DNA from: an uncultured Spirochaetota bacterium
GTDB taxonomy: Bacteria > Spirochaetota > UBA4802 > UBA5550
Assembly (NCBI GenBank): GCA_963827275.1
Contig: CAWHAA010000010.1
Location: 1-64,000 of the forward strand
DNA length: 64,000 bases
Direction: 5' to 3'
Both the position numbers and the translations under genes were made by a program. Positions 17,568 to 27,910 of this stretch are shown in pieces. Position 1 is the first letter of the stretch, and every line of letters begins with the position of its first letter. The notes under the pieces are model-generated. The model ran no database searches and had not been told where the DNA came from. It worked only from the letters and a program-made list of their open reading frames with translations.

Positions 17568-20500
17568 CTAATTTGACTGGAACCCATAGTGATCATAGAT
17601 CATCTGCAGGCCTTCCGCTGACGGCGCTACTCCTATAACATCACCCATCTCCAGCAGCATGGTTCCCAGCGTTGAATAGAATTTCGTATTGGGCGCGTTC
17701 AGAAGGTCGCTGTCAAGCCACCGCGACAGGTCCCTCAGAAAATCGCCGCTGGAATAGGGATTGATGGATACGGTATCGACGATCCAGGGGACCAGCGCTC
17801 CCTCCGCGGTCGCATTCTTCATCGCGGCAAGGAGATTCAGGTACGTCTGTCCCTTCGTATCACCCCCTTCCGCCGCGTAAAGGCCCATCTCGGTATCGAT
17901 GTTCGGAAGCGCGACCGTCAGGATGTCGAGGAGCATCGCATAGGATGCATCGCCCTGTACCGCCCACCGGTCGCTCCCATCATCGAAATAGGCCAGCAGC
18001 TTGGCGAGGGCGTACTGCAGCCCCTTGACCTGGGCCGCATCAACGCGGTGCTGCGCCATCACGTCAATGATGTCAAAGAGATGCTCGGAAACGCAATACG
18101 GCCCGTTCCTCAGCACAAACTTGCCCAGCAGGTCCCGCACATCATCCACCAGCTCCGCACAATCCGTCCAGTCTACCGCCCCGCCTGACGCGTAATTGTC
18201 GTCCGTATCATGATACTTGTTGAGCCCCTCGTCGGCCGCTTCGCCGATCACTTTATTCAGAATGTCGTCAAGGTCCAGGTCGACATATTTCGAGCCATCG
18301 TCTATGCGGGGACGTTTCTGGAACCGCCACTCAGGCGGATCAAGCTGCTTGATGCGGGCCATGGCGCCATTGCTCAACTGCTCGTTGATCAGGGTGCCCC
18401 TGCCCTTTGCGCCCTTCATGCCGGTCGTGAGCTGTTCAAGCGCGACGCTGATCCTGTCGATGGCCTTGCCGCTCTTATCTGTCAGCTTCCATTCCCTGGA
18501 CGTTTCTGTGACGGCAGGCCGGTTGGGATATTCCGGGTAGGCGACAAGCCGCGCAATGAGCCCGTCCGCACGCTGGCCCCTGTTCGACCTGGTCGGGCTC
18601 GTGTCTGAATCCGCCAGGACGGAAAATAACGTCGGTATATCCGCCGGCGTATAGTATTTCTGCGCCTTCCAGGAACCCATCCACGCTGTTTCAGGCGGAA
18701 TGGCCTCGGCCTGGTTCTTATAGATGTCCCAGTCTGATACCAGGGCACGCGCGTGGGGGATTAAATATTCTGATTCATACACGGAATTGCCATACCCGTA
18801 AACCCGTGTCTGCCAGCTGTTTTTTGCCACGCCCGTGCCGCCGATATCATAATTGAAGTAGAGCAGCGGTTTGACGATCCAGTTGAGGCCTTCAAGCGTT
18901 TTCAGGAGCGCGTTATTGTAATTGGTGATGCTATAGTAGTAGGACCTGTCAAACAGGGGGGCCAGCATTGTTACGACCAGCGGCATCAGGGCATTCCTCT
19001 TTTTCCATATATCGTCCGATGTCGAGAACCCCTCGTCGCTGGTGCCGTCGGGATTGGAAATATTCTTTGATCCCATCAGATAATGCTGGTAATTGGTGCC
19101 CCTGGTCACCAGCGGGCTCCGCGGGAAGGCAAACCGGCTGATTGCATAGATGTTATGAGCCAGCGGCGCGGGAAGCCCGCCGCCTTTCCCGAGGATGTCA
19201 AGGTACACCTGCGCGGAAGTCGCTTTTGTCAGGCCGATGGTATCGGTGATCCATGTTCCCACACCGAGGAGCTTGACATACAATTCGTGCCGTATCGGCG
19301 TTGCCATTATTATGAACCGGTAGTCGCCTGCGATGTTCGAACTGCCGCTGGTGTTCGCCTTGGCCCATACGGTGTTGGCGCGGAATTTCCGCGCCGCGCC
19401 GAAGCCCGAGAGCCCGTTCGCCTCCAGCACCTGGTATACCGCGCTTTCAATCCCGGCTTTAATCGGGAAGTCATCACAATCGATGGCCGGGAAGTATTTC
19501 TTTATAAGGGAGCAGAGGACAGGCGGTTCACCCGCCGCCCACAACGGCAGTATAAACACGATTTTTTTCTCGTTCTGGAGCCAGAGGAAATTCCTGAACA
19601 TCGCCTCTTCCTGGCTGGCGCAGCCCCTGCCGGCGTAATGTTCCTCGACAATCTCGGAATAGGTGCGGCACCGCGGGCCGTCAGCGGTTGAAGCCTCCAC
19701 TGTCGGGCGTCCGAGATAGTCCCTGGGTCCTTCCTTCTCGATCGGGACATAGTATTTCCGATCCTCTCCCTTACCCAGGTGCTCCTGTTCGATCATGTAA
19801 TAATCAGTCTTGAATGTGGCGTGGTACCTGTTTTCCCTCTGGCCGTCGCCGTCGTCATCTATGTCATCGCCACCGTCAGGCGGATAAAAATATTTTCCGC
19901 TGCCGTCCATGAGGGCGTACACCCGGCCGTCCGGCCGCAGGTATTTCCTCCCGGTAAAACCATTGATTGTCGCGGTCGGGGCCGTAGGGTCCTTAAAGTA
20001 ATACGGGCCCTCCCCTTTCCAGCAGGTGCGGATAATCGCCGCGAACGCGAACGAGGTCATGTCTTTAAACGCTTTTCCGTTGGGCGAATAGGGCATGTAT
20101 CCATCGATGACATTGCCGCCGTCGCCATTTACGTTTCCTCCGTTCAGGGCCTTGCCGACGCCGAAATCCCCGACGATGGGCCCGGTTAAAAATTTCGACG
20201 CCTGGTAATTCAGGGAAAACGCGAATTTGTATCTGTCCCTTTCCGCGATGGTGAAATTATTTTTGCTCCTGTACGTCCGGGTCCTTCCCTTGTTCACCAC
20301 GTCCTGGCCCACAGTCTCGAAACCGAGCTCATAGTTTCCCACCCCGGCCAGGGGGTTCTTCTGCGACTGGATGGAGAAGAGGACGTCGTTGAGGGTGACG
20401 TATCCGATCTGCTTCCCGTGGCCGTGCTCCCGCAGCACCGTCCCGTACGGATCATAGGTATCATTCTCTTTTACCTCATTGGCGTCCGCTTTGTGCTCAT

Positions 20501-21830
20501 ACCCGTAGTTCACCCCAATGCAGCCCAGGTAAAGAAGGTGTTCAAGCATGCTCGCGGAAAGCGCTTCGGAGTCGGACCGCCTGTCTCGGCCGAACATGTC
20601 GACGCGCAGCAGGTCATATATGGATTCCTTGATCTGCGCGGTATCCCAGTTGATATAGCATTTTTTCACGGTCTTGAGAAATTCTGCGATCGTGTAGCCT
20701 TTTGAGGTTATGCCGTCGCGATAGCCGAACGAAGCGCGCCGGTCGTCACGCAGCAGCTGGCCGCCCATTCCGGTGAGCAGCTCCCGCAGTGTCACGCTTA
20801 GATCCGCATCTGAATAGAGCTGTTCGCTGCTGGTGTTGTAGATGCCGGTGTCAACATTGGTGTTGTTGGTCTGAAGCGCTCCATACGTCTTGCCGCCGGG
20901 AGTAAAATAATTGGACATGTTCCAGATGAGCTTTTTAATGATTTCCTTGTCGGACACGGCATCATCGAGCGTATCGAAGAGGTCATACATCGTTTCCCGG
21001 TCAACCGCCTCGCCGTACAGAAGGTCGAACATGCCGGTAAGCAGATAGTTCACGCCCCTGGCCGAATTGCCGAGACCGGAATTGACGCTCTCCCCCGGCT
21101 GCATGTCGGTATAATCGATTTCGAGCGAGTCGAGTCCCGGGTCCGCCCCGGTATGCACCCACATCGGGTAATCAGTCATGGCCATCATCGGCGCGGCAAG
21201 GTCCATCAGGTCGGCAAAGGTGTCCCTGAACTCCGGGCCCTTCAGATCGTCCATGAGGTCGCCCATGGTATCCTCGATCTCCGCCGGGCTTTTCGTAAGA
21301 AGGTAGTTGAGGATGATCCGGGTCATGCCCATCACGCTCGCGCCCACCTTCGGCGCGCCGCCTTCGACCCCGGTGGTGACCTCATCGAGCAGTGAGTAAA
21401 AATTATTCACGAGCGTCACGGGATCATCTTTTGCGAAAAACGAATCGATCGGATCACCGGCGTTATTACCGCTGTGGCCGTACAGGCGCTGGTCCGTGTC
21501 GATCATCACCCGCAGGGTCTGCTTCAGGTCCTCGAGAAGCCCCAGGCCCGGATCATCGGCCCGTTCAAGGAGGTATGAAAGGATGTGCATGAATTCCGCG
21601 CCAGTGGGAATATCCTCCTTGAGCATATCCGCCATCAGCGTGTTGCCCCTGTTGCCGGGTACGCTGTCCCATGCCGCTTTCAATGCGGGATAATCGTCAA
21701 ACAGGTGAAAAATATTGAATGGGGCGTCCGGATCGTTGGTCTGGAAATCAGGGATTTTCGCGTTTGAGCAGGAGAAGATGACAAAGGAAATAAAAATCAG
21801 TAATCCCTGCAGGACTCTTTTTGTGAACAT
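17568..21830 (-). CDS. Very large (1420 aa) hypothetical lipoprotein
   Basis: Lipobox VIFS-C at residue 21; uninterrupted 4.2-kb ORF; no catalytic motif recognised. Confidence 0.85.
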   Translation of the reverse strand: MFTKRVLQGLLIFISFVIFSCSNAKIPDFQTNDPDAPFNIFHLFDDYPALKAAWDSVPGNRGNTLMADMLKEDIPTGAEFMHILSYLLERADDPGLGLLEDLKQTLRVMIDTDQRLYGHSGNNAGDPIDSFFAKDDPVTLVNNFYSLLDEVTTGVEGGAPKVGASVMGMTRIILNYLLTKSPAEIEDTMGDLMDDLKGPEFRDTFADLMDLAAPMMAMTDYPMWVHTGADPGLDSLEIDYTDMQPGESVNSGLGNSARGVNYLLTGMFDLLYGEAVDRETMYDLFDTLDDAVSDKEIIKKLIWNMSNYFTPGGKTYGALQTNNTNVDTGIYNTSSEQLYSDADLSVTLRELLTGMGGQLLRDDRRASFGYRDGITSKGYTIAEFLKTVKKCYINWDTAQIKESIYDLLRVDMFGRDRRSDSEALSASMLEHLLYLGCIGVNYGYEHKADANEVKENDTYDPYGTVLREHGHGKQIGYVTLNDVLFSIQSQKNPLAGVGNYELGFETVGQDVVNKGRTRTYRSKNNFTIAERDRYKFAFSLNYQASKFLTGPIVGDFGVGKALNGGNVNGDGGNVIDGYMPYSPNGKAFKDMTSFAFAAIIRTCWKGEGPYYFKDPTAPTATINGFTGRKYLRPDGRVYALMDGSGKYFYPPDGGDDIDDDGDGQRENRYHATFKTDYYMIEQEHLGKGEDRKYYVPIEKEGPRDYLGRPTVEASTADGPRCRTYSEIVEEHYAGRGCASQEEAMFRNFLWLQNEKKIVFILPLWAAGEPPVLCSLIKKYFPAIDCDDFPIKAGIESAVYQVLEANGLSGFGAARKFRANTVWAKANTSGSSNIAGDYRFIIMATPIRHELYVKLLGVGTWITDTIGLTKATSAQVYLDILGKGGGLPAPLAHNIYAISRFAFPRSPLVTRGTNYQHYLMGSKNISNPDGTSDEGFSTSDDIWKKRNALMPLVVTMLAPLFDRSYYYSITNYNNALLKTLEGLNWIVKPLLYFNYDIGGTGVAKNSWQTRVYGYGNSVYESEYLIPHARALVSDWDIYKNQAEAIPPETAWMGSWKAQKYYTPADIPTLFSVLADSDTSPTRSNRGQRADGLIARLVAYPEYPNRPAVTETSREWKLTDKSGKAIDRISVALEQLTTGMKGAKGRGTLINEQLSNGAMARIKQLDPPEWRFQKRPRIDDGSKYVDLDLDDILNKVIGEAADEGLNKYHDTDDNYASGGAVDWTDCAELVDDVRDLLGKFVLRNGPYCVSEHLFDIIDVMAQHRVDAAQVKGLQYALAKLLAYFDDGSDRWAVQGDASYAMLLDILTVALPNIDTEMGLYAAEGGDTKGQTYLNLLAAMKNATAEGALVPWIVDTVSINPYSSGDFLRDLSRWLDSDLLNAPNTKFYSTLGTMLLEMGDVIGVAPSAEGLQMIYDHYGFQSN

Positions 21831-22083
21831 GGCTTTTCTCCCTTTTTTATATGCAAGGATATAACAAGACGGAGAACTGGAACAGGCGCCAGAAACATGG
21901 AGTGTATGGATGAGCGATTGGTAAAATTCCGATAGTGTGTCATATTTTTTGTTACTACTACATATGACACAAATGTCAATAAAAAAAAACCGGTTGGACG
22001 GTCGTTAATTTATTGAACAAAGATCAAGGTCCCAATATATGATCAACAAGAATCAGAATGCATAGTTATTCCATAAAAAATCA

Positions 22084-22761
22084 TTACTTTAAAAATTTTC
22101 CGGCCTCGTCATTCTGGACGCCAGGATTTATTTTCATCATCTGTCGTATCAGTTTCTCCCTTGCGCCCTCGGTGCCAATGCGGTACGCGCCGGTCATCCG
22201 GTCATACCCGAACTTGTTTTCGCTCGACGAATATACGCCGACATGCCAGCCGTATGGTTCACCGGACCTGCCGCGCTTTCGGGTGAAGCTTCGTACCGTT
22301 ATATAGGTCTGCATCTGTAAAAGGGTCAGAGCCCCTTCGAACCCCTTTTCGCCGTCCTTTGAAAAGCCTGCCAGTGATTTAATACTGTACGATGGAATCA
22401 ACGGCTGTTTGTCAAACAGCGACATGATTTTCTTACACTTATACGAAGCCTTGCCGTCCTCGTAGCGCGCGTCAAAGTCATATCCATCGCGCCGGTAGGA
22501 GGAAAAAAAAGGGAACCACGCCTTTGACACGAACCCAGCCCTTCCCCTGAACAGTTTGCCGTACGCTATGCAGGGGTCCTCGGAAAGCCGCATGCGCCAT
22601 GACCAGGGATCTGTTTTTTCATTCCCCGTCCACCAGGACCTGCCGCGGGTGATCTCCCTGACGGAAAAGCCCTCTATCTCATTTTCAAACAGGGGTATGA
22701 AACCAATTTCCATGATGAGCTCCCTGAGCTCGTCGCACGATGTAATCGAGAGATGTTTCAT
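22084..22761 (-). CDS. Conserved hypothetical protein, AlkZ-related winged-helix type
   Basis: GFIPLF.NEI.GFS, DPWSWR, AYGKLF.GRAGFVS..WFP, LQMQTY, PYGW pattern recalled for this family. Confidence 0.6.
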   Translation of the reverse strand: MKHLSITSCDELRELIMEIGFIPLFENEIEGFSVREITRGRSWWTGNEKTDPWSWRMRLSEDPCIAYGKLFRGRAGFVSKAWFPFFSSYRRDGYDFDARYEDGKASYKCKKIMSLFDKQPLIPSYSIKSLAGFSKDGEKGFEGALTLLQMQTYITVRSFTRKRGRSGEPYGWHVGVYSSSENKFGYDRMTGAYRIGTEGAREKLIRQMMKINPGVQNDEAGKFLK

Positions 22762-22819
22762 GACATGGGTACACCGGGCTGGTTGAAATGAATCCCATTC
22801 CGTTCCGGGGCGACCGGCA

Positions 22820-23473
22820 TCAGTTCCCCGGGTACCCGACCGTCTGGGCGAGGAGTATCTCCTGGCTCGATTTCAGCTTCATCGCGTGCCCGAGTGCCTC
22901 TTTATCAATGAACCCGCGGATCACCGTTGACAGGCCCTCGGACGCGCAGAACAGATACACGTTCTGGCCGATAAAGCCGGCGTCAGCGCCTGCATAGACC
23001 AGTTTTTCCTCCCTGGTCAGGCCGGCGGCGCCTGACATGTCCGCGACATAGACGAGATTAAGCGCCGCCTTGTTGACAAAAGCCTGCCTGCCGGTAAGGG
23101 GGCGTATGTCCCTGCCCAGCACCAGCTCCAGAGAATGGCCCGCCGGGTTATACCGGTATACGCCTTCTTCCAGCACGGCGTATAGTGCAATCTCCTGCTT
23201 GTTCATGGCGCTCGGCGCGGTGCGCTTGCCCGATTCAGGGCGGTTGATCCCACCCGCGGCCCACAGGAGGTTTGACAGCACCTGGTCAGGAAGTTTTTTC
23301 AACGAGAACGTCCGGGACGACTGCCGCTTGTTGAGCGCAACCATGAGCGGCATGCCGCCGGTGCGCGACGGAGGAAGGAGCTTTATCTCTTTACGCGCTT
23401 CAGGATACAGCGGTTGATTTGAGAGGGCAAGAATCATGAATGAGGCCGCAAACAGACCGATCGTTTTTTTCAT
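22820..23473 (-). CDS. Nitroreductase family protein (SagB/ThcOx-like) with a signal peptide
   Basis: ALNKRQSSRTF, LLWAA.GINR, RTAPSA.N.Q, DAGFIGQNVYL. Confidence 0.9.
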   Translation of the reverse strand: MKKTIGLFAASFMILALSNQPLYPEARKEIKLLPPSRTGGMPLMVALNKRQSSRTFSLKKLPDQVLSNLLWAAGGINRPESGKRTAPSAMNKQEIALYAVLEEGVYRYNPAGHSLELVLGRDIRPLTGRQAFVNKAALNLVYVADMSGAAGLTREEKLVYAGADAGFIGQNVYLFCASEGLSTVIRGFIDKEALGHAMKLKSSQEILLAQTVGYPGN

Positions 23474-23703
23474 ATATGAAACCTCCCTGCATGCTAATCA
23501 TTATCGTATCGAAAAAATATTACATCGTCAATATCTTTTTAAAACCCCCGCCGGCACAGGTATCCGGGATGGAATAAAAAAGGTTGATTTTTACAGACCA
23601 GGATAGAGGGATTGTTCCAGGAACCGCCTGTTTGCTTATCACCGGTCGCCGGGACATGGCATCACGCAGACGACCCTCTGCCGGGAGGTCCCGGGAAGCA
23701 TAC

Positions 23704-24240
23704 ATGGAACAGTACAGAAACCGCATCAACCGGTGCCAGCCCGGACACGGCGCCTCCTGCTCACTCTGCTGCGGCAGCCACAATTACACGCTCGGGCAGG
23801 ATGAGATTGAAGAGCTGTTCATTGCACGCGGGCGCGCACAGGCAGGCTACCCGCTACGCCACCAGGAAGAATCAACCGGGAAGAAGCTGTTTGAAGACGC
23901 GATGCAATGCTCCCACCTGGGGATGGACCCTTCCGAACCCGGGGTCCTTCGCTGCATGATTTACGACGAGCATGACCGGGGCGACGCGGTCGAATCGTTT
24001 TTCAACGGGACATGCAAAACATTCTACTGCCCCGCATGGCACGAGCTTACCGACCGCCAGGTGCTGTTCGCGGCACGCCTCATGGGCGACTGGTACTATT
24101 ACAGCCTCTTCATCAACCACGTTGAATCGGTCATGGATATCTGCGCAAGATATGACGATCCCGGCGACGTGCCGGATGACGAGCTTTGCGCGCTCAAGGA
24201 AGAGCTGTTCGAGATATTTATCGAGGAAGACGGCAAATGA
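23704..24240 (+). CDS. Cys-rich hypothetical protein (possible Fe-S/Zn binding)
   Basis: CQP...SCSLCCG, QCSHLG, CMIY, CKTFYCP. Confidence 0.7.
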   Translation: MEQYRNRINRCQPGHGASCSLCCGSHNYTLGQDEIEELFIARGRAQAGYPLRHQEESTGKKLFEDAMQCSHLGMDPSEPGVLRCMIYDEHDRGDAVESFFNGTCKTFYCPAWHELTDRQVLFAARLMGDWYYYSLFINHVESVMDICARYDDPGDVPDDELCALKEELFEIFIEEDGK

Positions 24241-24265
24241 CCGGCCGGCGCGATGCCGCGCCGCG

Positions 24266-25774
24266 TTACTTGTAGAGGAGCTCCCCTTCATGGGTCTGCG
24301 TGCACATGATAATCCTGTTCCTCCTCTTTTTCGCCTTGTAGAGCGCGGCGTCAGCCCTGTTGATGATATACTGGGCGTTGACGTCGAACTTGTTGATCTG
24401 CGTGACGCCGATCGACACGGTGACATTCCGCTTCTTCCCGTTCCATGAAACCGTCAGCTTGTGTTCGCACTCGAGGCGTATGTTTTCAAGAACGTCGTAG
24501 ATCCTTGAATAATTGGCCGAACGCGGAAAGATGATGATAAATTCCTCACCGCCGTACCTGACGGGGATGTCAGTGGTCCTGATGTTCCGCTTCATGATCT
24601 CAGCGAATTCACGCAGGACCCTGTCGCCGACCGAGTGCCCGCCCCAGTTGTCGTTCACGTCCTTGAAATGGTCAAGGTCCAGCAGGGCAAGGTAAAGCTC
24701 GTAGCTCATCTTCGAGTTCTCGAAGTAGTAGCAATCGACCCATTCGCCCGCATGCTTGACCGATTCCGTGGAGAGTATATTCAGCTTCTTGAGCTTCGCA
24801 AGCGTCTTGTCGTACAGGACCTCGTCCCTGGTCTTGAACTTTGCGAAGTACTGGCTCCGCACGATCGGGGCCGCGACGCCCTCCGACTTCATTATTATCT
24901 TCAAAAGATTGGCCTCGGCCGCGCCGAGCCGCATGAACAGGTCCATGCTGTTGAATTCCTCCGAGAGGCGCTCCAGGAGAAACTTCCTCGAGTGAAGTCC
25001 TGTCAGCGCGTCCTTGATCGCCAGCTCCTTGTTCTGTATTTCGAGGATGCACTTTTCCAGGAGCCGCTTCGTGATGAGGATCTCCGATTCTATGCGCCGG
25101 TTGAAGTCATTCTCCTTTTCCGCGGACTTGTAAGGATACCTCCCTATCGTTATCCTCCCCAGCTTCCGCTCCGGCAGATCAATGTCCTCGAGGCTGTAAT
25201 TGTAGATATTGCTCCTGTCGAACAGGAAGCTCGCCGAGTCCTTCTGCGCCTTTCTCCTGTTGATATGAAGGAGGTTCTTGAGGTCTTCGGTGATCCCGTT
25301 GCAATGGATGTAGAGATACGTGCAGTGCATGTCGTTCATGAAAAAGCTCTTGATGTTCTTGCCGTACTCGTGGAGCTTTTCCAGGCCGGGGGGATAATCT
25401 ATATCGATATCGATGAAGCGGGACTTGTATTTGTTATACTCCAGCTCGGCGAGCAGGTTTACCGAGGTCTCGGCCGATAACTGGTAATTGCGATGGAACC
25501 CCTCGATCATCTCATTCAGACCTGAGATCTGGTCCTGGAGCGCCCCGATCCTCTTTTTAAAAATCTTGTTCTGGTTGAAAATATTTTTAAACTTTTCCTT
25601 TTCAAGACGCGTCTTGTTCCTGAAGTTATTGTATCTTCCCAGCAATTTCTGGTATTTCAGCTCTTCACGCTCGACAAGGCGCAGCAGGTTCTCAACTTTT
25701 TTCATTACCGACACGCCCTGTACGGCCGTGTGAGCGGTTTTTTTCGAATTTTTTTTCTTTATATTGAATCTCAT
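24266..25774 (-). CDS. Diguanylate cyclase (GGEEF) with an N-terminal coiled coil and an insertion in the catalytic domain
   Basis: DALTGL, DLDHFKDVND, GDRVL, RTTD I-site, RYGGEEF, VTVSIG, ADAALYKAK. Confidence 0.9.
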   Translation of the reverse strand: MRFNIKKKNSKKTAHTAVQGVSVMKKVENLLRLVEREELKYQKLLGRYNNFRNKTRLEKEKFKNIFNQNKIFKKRIGALQDQISGLNEMIEGFHRNYQLSAETSVNLLAELEYNKYKSRFIDIDIDYPPGLEKLHEYGKNIKSFFMNDMHCTYLYIHCNGITEDLKNLLHINRRKAQKDSASFLFDRSNIYNYSLEDIDLPERKLGRITIGRYPYKSAEKENDFNRRIESEILITKRLLEKCILEIQNKELAIKDALTGLHSRKFLLERLSEEFNSMDLFMRLGAAEANLLKIIMKSEGVAAPIVRSQYFAKFKTRDEVLYDKTLAKLKKLNILSTESVKHAGEWVDCYYFENSKMSYELYLALLDLDHFKDVNDNWGGHSVGDRVLREFAEIMKRNIRTTDIPVRYGGEEFIIIFPRSANYSRIYDVLENIRLECEHKLTVSWNGKKRNVTVSIGVTQINKFDVNAQYIINRADAALYKAKKRRNRIIMCTQTHEGELLYK

Positions 25775-26052
25775 GCCATGCGTGTCGCGTTACCATCAGA
25801 AGTAGGAGATGCCCCCGGGGCCTCTCCCCATACTCAATATCGGTCATGACGAGCATAATGTCATTTAATTTCTTTATCAAGCTCTTTATTTTACATATAT
25901 CCTTTCGAAACACACCACCCTTTCGCCACGTGATAAGCCAGCGGGGGCCTGTGAGTATCACGGACGTACCGGCAAAAAGGTATTGACATTTGTCGAACCG
26001 TCATCACTATATATTTATTATTCCATACAACATCCTATCGCCGGATACATAT

Positions 26053-26613
26053 ATGACACCCAACGATGAAAAGCTGACTCATCCGACGAACGCCTTCTGG
26101 GGCAACATCTTTTCCCGTTTCAAAATCGGCAAAGAGATATCCAACGCGGAGGTCCTGAAGCTCTGCCCGGTATTCCAGCACCTCACCGTCAAGGAGCTGC
26201 GGAAGGTGTCCGCCCTCGTGTACGAGCGGCGGTACCAGACCGGGGAATATCTCTTCGAGAAGGAACAGCCCGGGACGGCCATGTTCATAATCAAGAGCGG
26301 TCTTGTGAAAATCGTGGTCCCCGGGCGCACTGACGAGGAAGTCGAGCTTGCCACGATCAAGCCGGAGGATTTCCTGGGAGAGCTTGCCCTCCTCGACGAG
26401 ACGCCCCGCTCCGCCTCGGCGAAGGCGGTCGAGAAGACCGAGGCCCTGGCTTTTTTCCGGGAAGACCTTAACGCGATGCTCGAGACCAATCCCGTCATCG
26501 CCAGCAAGATCTTCCGCGACCTTGCTATAATAATAGGACAGCGCCTCAAGATGTCAAACGAGCAGCTGTACCTCAGGAGCATGGAAGATGCCGGCCGGAC
26601 TGAACAGGCGTAA
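26053..26613 (+). CDS. Stand-alone cyclic nucleotide-binding domain protein
   Basis: MFIIKSG.V, FLGELALL..PRSASA phosphate-binding cassette; no C-terminal HTH. Confidence 0.9.
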   Translation: MTPNDEKLTHPTNAFWGNIFSRFKIGKEISNAEVLKLCPVFQHLTVKELRKVSALVYERRYQTGEYLFEKEQPGTAMFIIKSGLVKIVVPGRTDEEVELATIKPEDFLGELALLDETPRSASAKAVEKTEALAFFREDLNAMLETNPVIASKIFRDLAIIIGQRLKMSNEQLYLRSMEDAGRTEQA

Positions 26614-27901
26614 GACCGACAGCACCATCGTGATCCGCACCGGCCTGCGCAGGCAGACAAGGAGGGTCATATTCACCATTACGGCCATCATCGCGGTCCT
26701 TACCGGCGGTTTCCTTGTCTGGTCCCTCAGGCCGCTCTTCCTGCCGATCATCGTCGGCATGCTGGCCGCGTACATCTTCGCGCCGCTCCTTGGCTTTTTC
26801 ACCAAGCGTAAAGTCCCGCGCGCCGCGGGCATTTTGCTCCTCTTCGGCCTTTTCCTGCTGGCCGGCGTTGTCATTGCCAAGCAGGTTGGCGCCATTATAC
26901 CCGGCGAGCGCGACCGGCTCGTCCTTCAAACGCGCTTCCAGTACAAGCTGAATGAAAAATACAGGAATTTCATGGGCCTCGAGGCGCAGGGCGATAAGGG
27001 CAACATGGTGTATACCTATTTCGGCGCGGATTTTGACCGCTTCATGGAAAATATCAATTCTTATCTCTCCCTGAGCGAGGAGGACAGCGCGCTGTTCCTC
27101 CGGTACTGCGAAGGCTACCGCGGGAAGGCGCCCATCGAGGAAAAATACTACGACTACTTTCTCAAGAACAGGGACGCGGCGAACGCCAGGGGAGACAACA
27201 TCGGCGGGATGATCAAGGACCGAAAAACAAAGGCGCGCGTGGATGCGCCGAAGCAATCGCGCTTTACCGCGTTCATGGACGCGTTCACGCTCTGGATCAT
27301 CACGCCGTTCGTGTTTCTGTTTCTCCTCATCGACGACGGCGAGATACGGCGCTTTTTCGTGGGGCTGGTGCCCAACCGCTACTTCGAGGTGTCGCTCGCC
27401 GTGGTGGACAAGGTCAACAAGGCGATCGGCAATTATCTCCGGGGCATCCTTATCGAGTGCTCGCTGGTGGCGATATGCTACAGCATCCTGCTCACGCTCA
27501 TCGGGTTTGAGTTGAAAATGGCGGTACTCATCGCGATCCCCGCCGGTCTCGCGAACGCGATTCCGCTCCTGGGCCCGGGAATCGCCCTTGTCATCGGCTC
27601 GGCATACGCGCTGATAGCCGAGAACGCAAGCTCCATCATACCGTTTATCACGACCGACAACCTGATCGTGGCCTTCGCCCTCTGCGTGGTCCTCGTCATG
27701 GCGCTTGACAACGGCGTGTTCCAGCCGGTGGTACTCGGGAGCGCGGTAAAGCTCCACCCCCTCGCGGTGTTCCTCGGCATAATGAGCGGATCGATGCTCT
27801 TCGGTTTCGCCGGTCTCATACTCGCCATACCGGCCATCGTGGTGGTCAAAGAGATGGTCTATACCCTGTTCAGGGAGTTGAAGGAATACTATATAATCTG
27901 A
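26588..27901 (+). CDS. AI-2E (PerM) family transporter
   Basis: AYIFAPL, NYLRG, NAIP.LGP, QPVVLG..VKLHP, G.ILAIP. Confidence 0.88.
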   Translation: MPAGLNRRKTDSTIVIRTGLRRQTRRVIFTITAIIAVLTGGFLVWSLRPLFLPIIVGMLAAYIFAPLLGFFTKRKVPRAAGILLLFGLFLLAGVVIAKQVGAIIPGERDRLVLQTRFQYKLNEKYRNFMGLEAQGDKGNMVYTYFGADFDRFMENINSYLSLSEEDSALFLRYCEGYRGKAPIEEKYYDYFLKNRDAANARGDNIGGMIKDRKTKARVDAPKQSRFTAFMDAFTLWIITPFVFLFLLIDDGEIRRFFVGLVPNRYFEVSLAVVDKVNKAIGNYLRGILIECSLVAICYSILLTLIGFELKMAVLIAIPAGLANAIPLLGPGIALVIGSAYALIAENASSIIPFITTDNLIVAFALCVVLVMALDNGVFQPVVLGSAVKLHPLAVFLGIMSGSMLFGFAGLILAIPAIVVVKEMVYTLFRELKEYYII

Positions 27902-27910
27902 ACGGCCCTG

